IMG/VR virus record: IMGVR_UViG_3300036770_007547
Coordinates: 1-64,000 of that record
DNA: 64,000 nucleotides
Strand: one strand, 5' to 3'
Shown: positions 8,964-19,038 of the stretch, one piece after another
How the letters are laid out: each line of letters opens with the position of its first letter
How positions within the stretch are numbered: position 1 is the first letter of the stretch
The notes under the pieces: model-generated
Seen by the model: the letters and a program-made list of their open reading frames with translations, nothing else
The model's database searches: none
Told to the model about the DNA's origin: nothing
Program-made: the position numbers and the translations under genes

Positions 8964-10209
8964 ATTCAGGCAAGTAATCTAGTATGCGGTTGCCACGACG
9001 TGACTCCAACAGCTTGATGTAATGCACTAGATCTCGAACGCGATGCGATTCGTCTGGTGCCGATTCGAGATATTTTATATAGCTCTGGCAATCCTGATGG
9101 ATCTGGGAGCGCACCCAGTCCGGATGTCGTGTGTTCAAGATCTGTGGCTGGGTCGAGGTTGATTCCACCAGGGTCGACAAACGATCTTGGGCCATCCGTC
9201 GTAGATCCTGTGGCAGTACACTGATTCGCATCATGGCCGGTTCGTTGAGGAAATCACAGCTTTCCACGGCGATGCTGTTGTCCAAGGCGTAGCGATAAAC
9301 AGTGTCAAGGTGCAGTATGGAAAACAACGTGGGCGTGATGCGTATCTGCATGAGCCAGCCATGTGATTGGCTGACCAGGCGCCACCGTTCCAACAATGCT
9401 CGGACATCATTGATGTGGCTGGGCCAACGCAGATAGTCGTTGAGATCATGCAGGCACTCGATGCTGACCCCCACATTGACTTGATGGAATCTCTCGAGCT
9501 GGGTTATCAAGTCGTCGTCCCAGACCGTGAGATTGGTGGTGAAACCAATGGTGACTTTGTGGGAGAGATCCGAGTCTATCAGCGCCTGCAAGATGCGTTG
9601 GAAGGCCGGAGTTATCATGGTCTCGCCGCCAATGAAATGCAGATATGCCAGGTTGGGAGTCTGCGACAGCATGTCAACAAATTGAGACAGCAAGGTGTCA
9701 TCGTCACACCAGGCCGGTGGCGGCATGCTGTTTATGATGCCCAATTGCAAATGTTCGCGGGCCAGTCGAGAACTGCTGTGCGGTGTGCAGAATACACAGG
9801 CCGAATTGCAGTAGTTGCCTAGATCTATTTGCCAGTCCTGCGGCAACAATTCGGTGTCGCCGTGATGGTCCATGCTGTGCTTGAACTCGTGTCGCCAGGG
9901 CGAACTCACCACAGTTTTGTCAAAGGGATCACGTATCCCAGTTTTCAAGAGTTGTTTCTGCCGACCACTGGGCTTGCCGTGTGACTCCATGATCCGGCAA
10001 GGTTGGCAACCCGAGACTTCGTTGCCTTCCAGCAGATCCAAGCGCAACGGCGACAATTTTTTCTGGAACCAAGTCACTGGGCTAACATCTTGTATGCGAT
10101 ACTGGCCCACTCTCTGTGTTTTGTCGCACCAACGGCAGTATTCGAAACTGCCGTTGTTGTTGATCCTGGCATGAAACCAGGGACTGCTACAAAAAGTCTT
10201 GTCAAGCAT
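8932..10209 (-). CDS. radical SAM protein with N-terminal Cys-rich (twitch/SPASM-like) region
   Basis: [15 protein letters not shown]; FCSSPW, YCRWC, CQPC. Confidence 0.9.
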   Translation of the reverse strand: MLDKTFCSSPWFHARINNNGSFEYCRWCDKTQRVGQYRIQDVSPVTWFQKKLSPLRLDLLEGNEVSGCQPCRIMESHGKPSGRQKQLLKTGIRDPFDKTVVSSPWRHEFKHSMDHHGDTELLPQDWQIDLGNYCNSACVFCTPHSSSRLAREHLQLGIINSMPPPAWCDDDTLLSQFVDMLSQTPNLAYLHFIGGETMITPAFQRILQALIDSDLSHKVTIGFTTNLTVWDDDLITQLERFHQVNVGVSIECLHDLNDYLRWPSHINDVRALLERWRLVSQSHGWLMQIRITPTLFSILHLDTVYRYALDNSIAVESCDFLNEPAMMRISVLPQDLRRMAQDRLSTLVESTSTQPQILNTRHPDWVRSQIHQDCQSYIKYLESAPDESHRVRDLVHYIKLLESRRGNRILDYLPEYEQFLTTAGY

Positions 10210-10792
10210 CCCGATTCACAATGACCCGATCTGCCAGACCATAATCCACGCTCTGCTGGGCTGTCATGAAGTTGTCGCGTTCCATGTCGGACTTCAATTC
10301 ATCAAAACTCTTGCCAGTGTGACGGACATAGATCGTGGTCAGCACTTCTTTCCAACGCAACAGTTCTCTGGCTTGGATTTCCACGTCTGTGGCTTGCCCT
10401 GATGCGCCGCCAAGGGGTTGATGGATCATGTGGCGAGCATTGGGCAGGATCGATCGATGTCCTTTCTCACCGGCTGCAGCCAACAACGAACCCATGCTTG
10501 CGGCCTGTCCCATGACAATGGTATGCACCGGACAACGGATAAACTGCATGGTATCATAGATGCTCATACCTGCGGTGACGCTACCGCCTGGGCTGTTGAT
10601 GTAGAAATTGATGGAACGCGCCGGGTCCTCGCTCTCCAGGAACAGCATCTGTGCCACGATGAGACTGGCTGAATGGCTGGAGACTTCGGTGTCCAGCATG
10701 ATGATGCGATCTCGGAGGAGACGGCTGTAGATATCGTAACTTCGCTCGCCCTTGGATGTGTGTTCCAGGACGATGGGTACTAGATTGGGCAT
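10202..10792 (-). CDS. clpP: ATP-dependent Clp protease proteolytic subunit
   Basis: [26 protein letters not shown] (Ser), HQP (His), ERD (Asp). Confidence 0.97.
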   Translation of the reverse strand: MPNLVPIVLEHTSKGERSYDIYSRLLRDRIIMLDTEVSSHSASLIVAQMLFLESEDPARSINFYINSPGGSVTAGMSIYDTMQFIRCPVHTIVMGQAASMGSLLAAAGEKGHRSILPNARHMIHQPLGGASGQATDVEIQARELLRWKEVLTTIYVRHTGKSFDELKSDMERDNFMTAQQSVDYGLADRVIVNRDA

Positions 10793-10810
10793 GTTGTTTC
10801 CCTTAAAAGA

Positions 10811-11371
10811 TCAACTGATGTGGTCGCAGATGTTGTATTTCAATGCTTCTTCGGCCGAAAGATACACATCCTGGGCCGGCAACAAAATTTGTCGGATAAC
10901 ATCGTCCTCGAGGCCGGTGCATTTTTTATAGAGACTGATCATGCGCAGTTGCGTGAGTTCGAATTCTTTCACTGTGGCAAACAGCTCATGGGCCTTGCCC
11001 GAATTGTGCCACGAAAATTGGTGGCTGAGGATCGAAGTGTTTGGTGTCAACACCCGGCGGCCTGGGGAACCTGAAATGAATATGCAAAGACCGGCCGATG
11101 CGATCGATCCCAGACCCACGGTCTTGATAGGGATGGTACTGCTGTTCATGACATCGATCAAGGCAAATGCGTCTGACAAATTACCGCCATCGCTGTTGAT
11201 CATCAACAGCAATTCTTTCTTTTTGCGTTTCCTGACATGATTTTCGTGCAGGATCCACTCGATTATGGGCTTGATGTTGTCTTCGTCCACGACCCCCATC
11301 AACACCATGATACCATGGTCTTGCAGGGCTTCGCCTGGACTTTCGTATTGTAGATCTTTGTCGGTAGTCAT
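10811..11371 (-). CDS. second, divergent ClpP-family protease
   Basis: INSDGG, IASAG, SHQF, QDVYLSAEEALKY. Confidence 0.88.
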   Translation of the reverse strand: MTTDKDLQYESPGEALQDHGIMVLMGVVDEDNIKPIIEWILHENHVRKRKKKELLLMINSDGGNLSDAFALIDVMNSSTIPIKTVGLGSIASAGLCIFISGSPGRRVLTPNTSILSHQFSWHNSGKAHELFATVKEFELTQLRMISLYKKCTGLEDDVIRQILLPAQDVYLSAEEALKYNICDHIS

Positions 11372-11434
11372 AGCGTCCTTGAAAGAAATAGCGGGCGTCA
11401 CCATTGGGCAACGGCCCGCTATACTTAGCCTAGG

Positions 11435-12049
11435 CTACTGGGCGGTATCAGGTTTGTTTGGCTGGCTCACACCCTGATCTTGCATGCGATCCAGTTCGCG
11501 GAAAGCCTCCTGTGCCCGGCGCTCGGCTCGCACAGTCTCTTCTCGACGATCCCGTTCGCGTGCCAAGGGATTGGCATCGCCAGTGGGCAAGGCCACCAGA
11601 ACAAAGGTGCGGAATCTCGAACCCTCGGCGATCATCTTGCTCTCGACCACTTCTACCCCAGTGATGTCAACATTGGGGCAAAAACTCTTGATGGCCATTT
11701 CGCTGAACTCGCTGTCAGTGTTCTGAGCGCCTTCTCTACGGAACAATCGGCTGTGCTGATTGACTCGTCCACCAGCGGCCATACAGATCTTGCCAAATGC
11801 CACGGTCTTGGCTTTGTCAGTGCTCATGGCCATGTCGGAACTGGTAGAGGTACCATTGGCATAGATGGCCGAAGTGCTCTTGGGCAGTTTGGTCATCCAC
11901 TCCGGAGCCTTGTCGATGGCATTTTCTGCCAGGCGCTCTTGGTACTTGCGCTCTTGGTAGGCGCGGTTTTCAAAGTTGTCCTTGGGCGCACTAGAACATG
12001 CGGCCAAAACCGATGCAACCAAAGGTACTAGCAGTAGTTTCTTGTTCAT
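11435..12049 (-). CDS. lipoprotein (LPP20-like)
   Basis: Lipobox LAAC; PEW motif. Confidence 0.75.
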   Translation of the reverse strand: MNKKLLLVPLVASVLAACSSAPKDNFENRAYQERKYQERLAENAIDKAPEWMTKLPKSTSAIYANGTSTSSDMAMSTDKAKTVAFGKICMAAGGRVNQHSRLFRREGAQNTDSEFSEMAIKSFCPNVDITGVEVVESKMIAEGSRFRTFVLVALPTGDANPLARERDRREETVRAERRAQEAFRELDRMQDQGVSQPNKPDTAQ

Positions 12050-12058
12050 TTGCTTTCC

Positions 12059-12196
12059 TTATCTTCCTACACTACGGACATAATCACCTGCGGCTTTGAG
12101 ATCCTCGCCAGCACCACTCATGGCGCCCCCGAGAGTCCCACACGCGGTGACCGAAATGGCCATTGCCAGCGCCAAAACAGATCTCAACAGTTTCAT
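12059..12196 (-). CDS. entericidin EcnA/B-like small lipoprotein
   Basis: Lipobox VTAC then GTLGGAMSGAGEDLKAAG; upstream TTGACA-N18-TAAAAT. Confidence 0.7.
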   Translation of the reverse strand: MKLLRSVLALAMAISVTACGTLGGAMSGAGEDLKAAGDYVRSVGR

Positions 12197-12256
12197 GGGT
12201 GCCTCCTTGGCTAAGTTTACAAACAATTTTACAACAATCACGATTTACATGTCAAT

Positions 12257-12832
12257 CTAGAACTTGTCCACCACCACCCATTTCTGGGGGCGCACCTCAC
12301 AGATGATGCCCTGATGCTGTCGTATGTCATTTTGGTCAAAAGTGGGTTCCACGAACCATTTACACACAGTGCCGTTGTGCCAGAATCGGTTTGGATAATT
12401 GGGATGTGGGCGGAACTGAGCCACGTCGCCGATCTCGCCCGGTCTCGTGGTTTTGATTGTTTTCAGTTCGGGACGATCCTTGCACACCAGTATCTGTTCG
12501 GAGGCCACAGCCGCACCGCCCAGTCGAGTCTTGACATCGGTCTCGGCGCGATACACTGCTATGGTACAAGCATCATGCTCGGTGCGATTACCACCTTTCC
12601 AGCTGTATTCGCCCATGGCCGTGTACCATCGGCTGCCCACTCGTACCCGGAAATCCACCACGCACTTTTTGGCGCCTGAAGGCAGTACGACTATGTCGCG
12701 CCGCACAGGGCTACGCTCGCTGATCACTGCTCGATTCTGGGTCACAGTCTTGTTCTGCAACACACATTGTTCGTTTTCTTGCGCCAGGGCCAACATCGGC
12801 AGCGCCATCAGCATCAACACAGCGGGTTTCAT
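12257..12832 (-). CDS. secreted Cys-rich protein
   Basis: Signal peptide ending ALA; six Cys. Confidence 0.75.
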   Translation of the reverse strand: MKPAVLMLMALPMLALAQENEQCVLQNKTVTQNRAVISERSPVRRDIVVLPSGAKKCVVDFRVRVGSRWYTAMGEYSWKGGNRTEHDACTIAVYRAETDVKTRLGGAAVASEQILVCKDRPELKTIKTTRPGEIGDVAQFRPHPNYPNRFWHNGTVCKWFVEPTFDQNDIRQHQGIICEVRPQKWVVVDKF

Positions 12833-13161
12833 GGGCAGTTGTTCCTTATATCCAACATGAGTTGATTCACCAACCAGTCCACACGCCCGGATCCAATGTT
12901 GTGACGCTGATGATATGTGGCGGGTTCGGTGATGACTTTCCAGAACTGCAATTGATTGGCGACCCGGGACTGTAGTTCTTGATCAGGCGTGGTTCTCATG
13001 CTTTCTAAAAATGCCATCTGTTGATGTTTGATGCGGCAATCTATCACGAATCTCTCGAGATCGCCCACCCACATCTGGGCCTGTGCATCAACGCATGACA
13101 GGCTGGCAAGCATAACGAATGCTCCAGATACGAGCCTTGATCTGGCTTTGGAGTTGGGCAT
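12829..13161 (-). CDS. putative secreted protein (start uncertain)
   Basis: Hydrophobic stretch then AQA; ATGA coupling. Confidence 0.55.
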   Translation of the reverse strand: MPNSKARSRLVSGAFVMLASLSCVDAQAQMWVGDLERFVIDCRIKHQQMAFLESMRTTPDQELQSRVANQLQFWKVITEPATYHQRHNIGSGRVDWLVNQLMLDIRNNCP

Positions 13162-13348
13162 ATTCAACCTCGCTTTGATTGGATTGTCTGGGCACCTGTG
13201 CCGTGGACTCCAGCCATCGGATGATGGAGTGCTGATTGTAGCAATCAATCGGCACCGAGTTCACTGCCACTGACGCACGCTGACTGTGATTTACCGCACA
13301 GCCCGATGCCAAAAGGGATATCGCACACAAAAGGAAAATCCTGTTCAT
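13088..13348 (-). CDS. small lipoprotein
   Basis: Lipobox LASGC; ATG 6 nt after -10 box. Confidence 0.7.
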   Translation of the reverse strand: MNRIFLLCAISLLASGCAVNHSQRASVAVNSVPIDCYNQHSIIRWLESTAQVPRQSNQSEVEYAQLQSQIKARIWSIRYACQPVMR

Positions 13349-13354
13349 GCACAC

Positions 13355-13385
13355 ATAGTACACGAACAGGATTTATTGGTCAACC
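13355..13385 (-). promoter_or_regulatory. early promoter cassette, copy 5 (leaderless)
   Basis: GGTTGACC-N17-TACTAT-N6-ATG. Confidence 0.8.
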
Positions 13386-13393
13386 AGTCCAGA

Positions 13394-13675
13394 TTACTCG
13401 GATTTGGCTGCGGGTTTGGACATGTAGGCCTTCATGATGCCTTCGCCGAACTTGTTGTAGTCAAATTTGGCAGCATCTTGCACATGCTTGATGGTCTCAC
13501 TCATCACTGTGGTAGTGGCATCAACAGTGGCCTTGGCTGCACGCTTGGTGTAGTCGGTCTGGCTGTCAATGAACTCGTTGAGTGCATCAGCGATCTTCGC
13601 ATCAACAACGAAGGTCTTGACGAATTGCTTTTTGGTGTTTTGTACTTGGTCGATCACGGTGTCTACTGCAAACAT
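13394..13675 (-). CDS. phasin-like amphipathic helical protein
   Basis: 93 aa, Ala/Thr/Lys-rich and helical; AAAGGAGA RBS; PhaR-box-like site upstream. Confidence 0.55.
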   Translation of the reverse strand: MFAVDTVIDQVQNTKKQFVKTFVVDAKIADALNEFIDSQTDYTKRAAKATVDATTTVMSETIKHVQDAAKFDYNKFGEGIMKAYMSKPAAKSE

Positions 13676-13736
13676 GGTGTTTCTCCTTTGATTAAGCGAG
13701 CTTGGTTGTTGGACCCGCCCCATGCGGCATCCAACT
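13676..13736 (-). promoter_or_regulatory. ROSE-like structured 5' leader
   Basis: Hairpin GTTGGA...TCCAAC then CTCGCTTAATCAAAGGAGA (UCGCU can pair with SD). Confidence 0.55.
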
Positions 13737-13764
13737 GCACTTCATGATTATATATGATACTTAT

Positions 13765-13776
13765 TGCACTGCACAA
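13765..13776. promoter_or_regulatory. PhaR-box-like site
   Basis: TGCACTGCACAA fits TGCRNYGCASMA (consensus recalled). Confidence 0.5.
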
Positions 13777-13820
13777 GATTTTATCTGCCCAGATAATGAA
13801 TTTTGGATGACATCCAAACG

Positions 13821-14012
13821 TCACCAGTGTCGTATGGTGTTGGCGATGATGAATCCGCATGTGACCACATGCACCACCACCCAAAAGGTCTTGAGCGCTA
13901 GAGCGACTCGAGCCTCTCGTAATGTGAGTATGGGCACCCGAGGTCGGTCTTGATCGTTGGTGCCCATGAGATGCCCGGTGGCCCGGGCCCAGATGCGTTC
14001 GAAGCTGTTCAA
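13821..14012 (-). CDS. small membrane protein
   Basis: C-terminal TM helix; overlaps aceA stop. Confidence 0.65.
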   Translation of the reverse strand: MNSFERIWARATGHLMGTNDQDRPRVPILTLREARVALALKTFWVVVHVVTCGFIIANTIRHW

Positions 14013-15289
14013 TGGAACTGCTCCTCTTCGGTACTGCCCTTGAGAGCTTGTGTGCTGGCATTGGCTTCGATGGTGGTGGTCACGCGATCAAAATAACCGG
14101 TACCTACTTCCCTTTGATGCCGTACAGCTTCAAAACCACGACTCGCATCCGCGAACTCACGCTCTTGTAGCTCCACGAAAGCAGACATGCCGTTCCTAGC
14201 ATAACCATGAGCAAGATCAAACATGCCATGATTAAGAGCATGGAATCCAGCAAGTGTGATGAATTGAAAACGGTAACCCATTGCTCCAAGTTCACGTTGG
14301 AAACGACCAATTGTGTCTGCATCTAGGTTTTTCCTCCAGTTGAATGATGGTGAGCAGTTGTAGGCCAGCATCTTGTTGGGATAATGCCGGTGGATGCCTT
14401 CGGCGAACCTACGGGCAAAATCAAGATCTGGAGTTCCAGTCTCGCACCATATGAGATCGGCGTAGGGCGCATAGGCCAGGCCTCGGGCCAAGGCTTGATC
14501 AAAACCTTTGCGGGTGCGATAGAATCCTTCTACCGTCCTCTCGCCTGTAAGAAAATCTTGATCGCGTGGATCAATATCTGAGGTAACAAGATCAGCAGCC
14601 TCAGCGTCAGTTCTAGCAAGGAGAATGGTAGGCACACCCAAAACATCAGCCGCGAGTCTCGCAGCCGTGAGCTTATTGATGGCTTCTTGTGTTGGTACAA
14701 GGACTTTCCCTCCCATGTGTCCGCATTTCTTGACCGAGGCCAATTGGTCCTCGAAGTGTACTCCCGAAGCTCCGGCTCGGATCATGGCCTTCATGAGTTC
14801 AAAAGCATTGAGCACACCACCAAAGCCAGCTTCGGCGTCGGCCACGATGGGAGCGAAGAAATCGTGATCGTTTTTATCTTCCATCCATTGGATCTGATCC
14901 GCACGTTCGAATGTGTGATTGATGCGGCGCACCACTGCGGGCACTGAATCCGCTGGATACAGGCTTTGATCTGGATACATCTCCCCGGCCAAGTTGGCGT
15001 CCGCAGCCACTTGCCACCCACTCAGATAGATGGCTTGGAGCCCTGCTTTGACTTGTTGCAGGGCCTGCATGCCCGTCAATGCACCCAGAGTGTTGATGTA
15101 ATCGTTTTCATTGAGCAGTCGCCAGAGTTTCTTGGCACCATTCGTGGCTCGAGTATGCACTTCGGGTTCGGATCCGCGCAGTCGTATCACGTCTTCGGCG
15201 CTGTATTCTCGTCTCACGCCTTGCCATCTCGGATCGCTGGACCACTGCTGTTGTAATTCGTATATTTGTGCCTGTTTGGTGTGATGCAT
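14009..15289 (-). CDS. aceA: isocitrate lyase
   Basis: [11 protein letters not shown] signature; [36 protein letters not shown]. Confidence 0.98.
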   Translation of the reverse strand: MHHTKQAQIYELQQQWSSDPRWQGVRREYSAEDVIRLRGSEPEVHTRATNGAKKLWRLLNENDYINTLGALTGMQALQQVKAGLQAIYLSGWQVAADANLAGEMYPDQSLYPADSVPAVVRRINHTFERADQIQWMEDKNDHDFFAPIVADAEAGFGGVLNAFELMKAMIRAGASGVHFEDQLASVKKCGHMGGKVLVPTQEAINKLTAARLAADVLGVPTILLARTDAEAADLVTSDIDPRDQDFLTGERTVEGFYRTRKGFDQALARGLAYAPYADLIWCETGTPDLDFARRFAEGIHRHYPNKMLAYNCSPSFNWRKNLDADTIGRFQRELGAMGYRFQFITLAGFHALNHGMFDLAHGYARNGMSAFVELQEREFADASRGFEAVRHQREVGTGYFDRVTTTIEANASTQALKGSTEEEQFH

Positions 15290-15378
15290 GTTCGTCCCCT
15301 AAATTTTGCATCTATTTATTTTTATGCAATGCAAAAAAAATTATTTCATAAATAGCTGCACTATAGGAGATACTCAAC

Positions 15379-15708
15379 ATGGAATTAGCTCTGGGACTGA
15401 TTGCTATCATCGCAATAGGAACCATCATTTGGTTCAATCGTGGAACCAAAAATCTTGATGTCAACGCCGACGGCAAGGTCGATCTCGCAGACGCCAAGGC
15501 TGCTGTGACCAACACTGTGCAAGGTGTAAAAGACGCTGCCGATCTCAACAAGGATGGCAAAGTCGATGCCGCTGATGTCAAGGTAGCTACCAAGGCTGTC
15601 AAGAGCACTGCTGCTGGTGCTGCTGGTGCTGCCAAGCGCACCGTGACACGCGCCAAAAAAGCCGTGGTCGCAAAAACCAATAAATCTGCTACGAAAAAAT
15701 CATCCTAG
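15379..15708 (+). CDS. membrane-anchored protein with two EF-hand-like loops and Lys/Ala-rich tail
   Basis: N-terminal TM; DVNADGKVD and DLNKDGKVD; AGGAGA RBS. Confidence 0.8.
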   Translation: MELALGLIAIIAIGTIIWFNRGTKNLDVNADGKVDLADAKAAVTNTVQGVKDAADLNKDGKVDAADVKVATKAVKSTAAGAAGAAKRTVTRAKKAVVAKTNKSATKKSS

Positions 15709-15979
15709 TCAGGCCCACTGAATCGATGCCGGCCAACAGCATGTAGTTGGCCAGCATCCCAAAACTTTGCCGGGTCCAAGCGGCCCAGGCATAGATCGCA
15801 CAACCCAAAATAAAGAACGGATATATCAATATCAGCGGAGGGTTGGGCACGGTGGCCGCCATCCACAAACTGCAACCGATACTCAAGGCCCAGGCCAATG
15901 CTTCTAGCACGAATCTCAATGGATAACTGCGGAAGTCTTGTTTGATCCATGCAAACGTGGGTCGCAACAAATCTATCAC
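15689..15979 (-). CDS. small multi-TM membrane protein
   Basis: Three hydrophobic helices; GTGA coupling to uvsE. Confidence 0.7.
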   Translation of the reverse strand: MIDLLRPTFAWIKQDFRSYPLRFVLEALAWALSIGCSLWMAATVPNPPLILIYPFFILGCAIYAWAAWTRQSFGMLANYMLLAGIDSVGLTRMIFS

Positions 15980-17001
15980 AACACATACTCCCGAGCAAAC
16001 GAATGGCTGGCTAGGTTCTTGCCTTTGCTTTCGCACATGATGTCAAACTCTGTGGAAAAAGTGGCTGCCCACTCATTGACTGCACGATTCCAGTAGAAAT
16101 CGCTGTGTGCTCGAAGTTTGCCTTTCTTGTAGCCCCGGGCCAACAGATCAGTCAAGTCCGGAGCAACATCTACATCGTGCCCGACCAGTATGTCCTCACG
16201 GCTGACACTGTAATGTATGACCGGGCGACGCAGACCACGCCAACTGTCACGAACTTTTTTGACACGGTCATCCTGGGCACTGATGTATTCCCCGGTCTTG
16301 ATCCAGTGGTGATGTATGTCTAACACCAGAGCGAGATGGTCTGCCAGTTCGAGGCTGGCGTCGAGTCCCCAGGACATTTCGTCGTTTTCGATGGTGATAC
16401 AATTTCGCGCCTCTGGTGAGAGACGCCCAAGTGTGTGGATGATACCGGCTGGACCTTTTCGACCCGAGATGTGGACGTTGATTTTAAAGTCCTGGAAGGT
16501 ACGTCCATAACCCATCCAGCGGGCCATATCTGCATGATATTCAAACTCCTCTATGCTTCTATTTACGATGTCTTCGCTTTCGCTGGCCAGAACACAGAAC
16601 TGTCCGGGATGGAAGCTGAGCCTTACACCCAAGCGACGAGCAGCTTCGCCGATGGGCGCAAATATACGCTCGCAATGGTCCTGGATCTCCCGGCGCTGCC
16701 ACCACTCGCGCCAGCTGGGCTCGGTGTAGCCCTGCAACATCTCTGAACCCAGGCGTACCATCCGCAGTTCCGGCTCCAGAGCGCCCACGGTCTCGACCAT
16801 GCGCAAGGCCGCAGCGGCATTGTGGTTCATGATGTCCCACTGGCGTTGTTCGGCTTCCTCGGGGTGCTCGCGCAGCCAGCGCATGGTGGTTGATCTACCA
16901 TTGAGTTCACGGTTGGAGGCATTCACTTTCATGCCCCCGCATTCCGAGGGATCAGTGAGCCATTTGCATGCGAAACCGATGCGAGAGTGTGTAGTAGTCA
17001 T
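15976..17001 (-). CDS. uvsE: UV damage endonuclease
   Basis: RIGFAC, RLSFHPGQF, TIENDE, VLDIHHH, RAHSD, MCESKGKNLA. Confidence 0.95.
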   Translation of the reverse strand: MTTTHSRIGFACKWLTDPSECGGMKVNASNRELNGRSTTMRWLREHPEEAEQRQWDIMNHNAAAALRMVETVGALEPELRMVRLGSEMLQGYTEPSWREWWQRREIQDHCERIFAPIGEAARRLGVRLSFHPGQFCVLASESEDIVNRSIEEFEYHADMARWMGYGRTFQDFKINVHISGRKGPAGIIHTLGRLSPEARNCITIENDEMSWGLDASLELADHLALVLDIHHHWIKTGEYISAQDDRVKKVRDSWRGLRRPVIHYSVSREDILVGHDVDVAPDLTDLLARGYKKGKLRAHSDFYWNRAVNEWAATFSTEFDIMCESKGKNLASHSFAREYVL

Positions 17002-17046
17002 ACCAGTATTGTAACACGGGCATGATTATGTTGCAACAGCAAACGG

Positions 17047-17391
17047 TCAGCGATTGAATCCGGCCGTTTCCCGTTCTATGTCGTTGTGATCAAACTCGGC
17101 CCAGTAAAGCTCGAAAGCAATGGTATCCTCTAGTGCTTCGAACTGATGGTACTCTCCGGGTGCCACTTTGGTATACTGCCCCGGATGCAAAATGGTTTCA
17201 TCCACGAGATCATAGTCCTTTTTCCAGACTCGCACCAACAAGCGACCAGATTCTACGAAAAATCCGTTCCATTTATGGCGATGGCAGTGCTTGCTACACA
17301 CACCGCCTTGTCGAGCTTCGATCCTATGGAATTCCAATACTCCATTGGCTTCCAAGAGTTCGGTATTTCCCCATACTTTTCCTGCCAGCAT
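17047..17391 (-). CDS. cupin (sugar-isomerase-like)
   Basis: KVWG, CSKHCHRHK, PGEYHQF. Confidence 0.8.
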   Translation of the reverse strand: MLAGKVWGNTELLEANGVLEFHRIEARQGGVCSKHCHRHKWNGFFVESGRLLVRVWKKDYDLVDETILHPGQYTKVAPGEYHQFEALEDTIAFELYWAEFDHNDIERETAGFNR

Positions 17392-17392
17392 T

Positions 17393-17962
17393 TTATTCTC
17401 CAGTTGATGATGACAAGAGACTCAGTACATTGTTCATGTTGTCACAGGTCACATTTGGTAAATCGGTATAGCTCTTGTCGGGTGTTTTGACAGCATCGAT
17501 GATGACCCACTGTACATCGGGATAGTCAACCATGACACGTCGTATCAGCCCCAGGCGATTCCTGAGACGATGTGCTTCAAATCTATCTTCCATGGGTGGT
17601 GGTAAACTGAGATCCCAGCCCAACATCAGTATCAGATCCGAAGATGGAGCCGCTAGATGCAAGCTCACTATGTCTTCGATGCCCAACACATATTCTTGAT
17701 AATCACCCTCGTAGAGACTGACACCACTGGGCCTTCCCAGGCTTTGAAAATGCTTGCGAGGCATGTAAAAATTGCACTGATCCTGGAAGCGTCGCTTCAA
17801 CAGTTCTTGACAGCGTGACATCTCGTAACAGATCACGTTGTCGGTGCCACAGGCACGCCAACTTTGCCAACTGCCCCAGAAAGGTCCGATGTCGTGCAGG
17901 GGCTTGAGATCCGTGCCCAGTCCTGGATCATAGTCGGCGGTGACCACCCAGTTCACTCTCAT
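17393..17962 (-). CDS. hypothetical protein
   Basis: ATGA-coupled in operon; LILMLGWD motif. Confidence 0.65.
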   Translation of the reverse strand: MRVNWVVTADYDPGLGTDLKPLHDIGPFWGSWQSWRACGTDNVICYEMSRCQELLKRRFQDQCNFYMPRKHFQSLGRPSGVSLYEGDYQEYVLGIEDIVSLHLAAPSSDLILMLGWDLSLPPPMEDRFEAHRLRNRLGLIRRVMVDYPDVQWVIIDAVKTPDKSYTDLPNVTCDNMNNVLSLLSSSTGE

Positions 17963-19038
17963 GATTGGGGTACCGCCATCAGTGCTTGCCATCTCGCGGC
18001 TCCCAAACACACCCATGCAAACGGTGTGTTTGGTTTGGGATCGCTGTTGAACATGATGTCACCACGTGTGCCGCTGTGTCCGGGCACTGTGGAACTGTGT
18101 CCCACTTTCCAGCGATCGATCCTGAGCGCCGGCATCGAAACCAAGTTGTTTTCATCGATCACGATCACTGGCTGTCGGTTCACTCCCAGGGCCAGTCGCT
18201 GTCGACGGCTGGTGCCAACAAACGCTGTCTCTTTGTCGTGTTTGCCGATGGACAACGATATTTCTTCGTCCCAGACACTGAGCGCTGAATCAGGATCGCT
18301 GGTGTTGACACCTATGCGTTTTTGTCTCACTGATAGAGTGTCAAAAAAGTCTCCGCGTCCCGACACTGTGATGTTCTGCAACACTCCCAGTTTTTGTATA
18401 TTGGTGACAGTGACATCGGGATTGAGACGATTGCCCATGATCAACGGAAACCCATTGATGTCCACGTTGCCAAATTCGATGCCCTGCGTCTTGGCCAGAT
18501 CCAAGACTTGTTGCACCAATGTGTCACGCCACTCTTGGGTGATACGTGACATGGTGGCATCCGCCATCTGTTCGCGCAACTGTTGCCAGGCCGGCGCATC
18601 AGTGTTGATGGTGTTTTTTACCACGAGATCTTGTACAGTGGTGGTGCCTTGTAACTCGGTGTCGTGTTCCACGGCCAGGGAGTGCGCCATGAGTGGATTG
18701 TTGACCAAAGTCACTTCATCGGTGACAGTGATCTGATTGGCCGTGGATTGATCGTGTATGCCGTTGGTGCGGAATCCTTCAAGGATGCGGGCATGATAAC
18801 GATCGATGGCCGCATCTAGATTGTTGAGCACCAATTGATTGACATCTACAGTGTTCAAGAGATCGGTGATTTTCTGGGAAAAATTCTGGGACACCAAGGT
18901 CTCGATTTTTTCCATCCACTCAGGATCCATGGCAAGATCGTTGATGAAATCGATCACGTGTTGCTGTACCATGGAATCCACGGCACGGGTTATCTGTTGC
19001 TGCAACAGTGCCGTGAGTTGATCGGGTTGTTTATCCAT
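17959..19038 (-). CDS. hypothetical protein, possibly virion fibre-like
   Basis: Helical N-terminus; RIGVNTSDPDSALSV fibre-type repeat. Confidence 0.6.
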   Translation of the reverse strand: MDKQPDQLTALLQQQITRAVDSMVQQHVIDFINDLAMDPEWMEKIETLVSQNFSQKITDLLNTVDVNQLVLNNLDAAIDRYHARILEGFRTNGIHDQSTANQITVTDEVTLVNNPLMAHSLAVEHDTELQGTTTVQDLVVKNTINTDAPAWQQLREQMADATMSRITQEWRDTLVQQVLDLAKTQGIEFGNVDINGFPLIMGNRLNPDVTVTNIQKLGVLQNITVSGRGDFFDTLSVRQKRIGVNTSDPDSALSVWDEEISLSIGKHDKETAFVGTSRRQRLALGVNRQPVIVIDENNLVSMPALRIDRWKVGHSSTVPGHSGTRGDIMFNSDPKPNTPFAWVCLGAARWQALMAVPQS

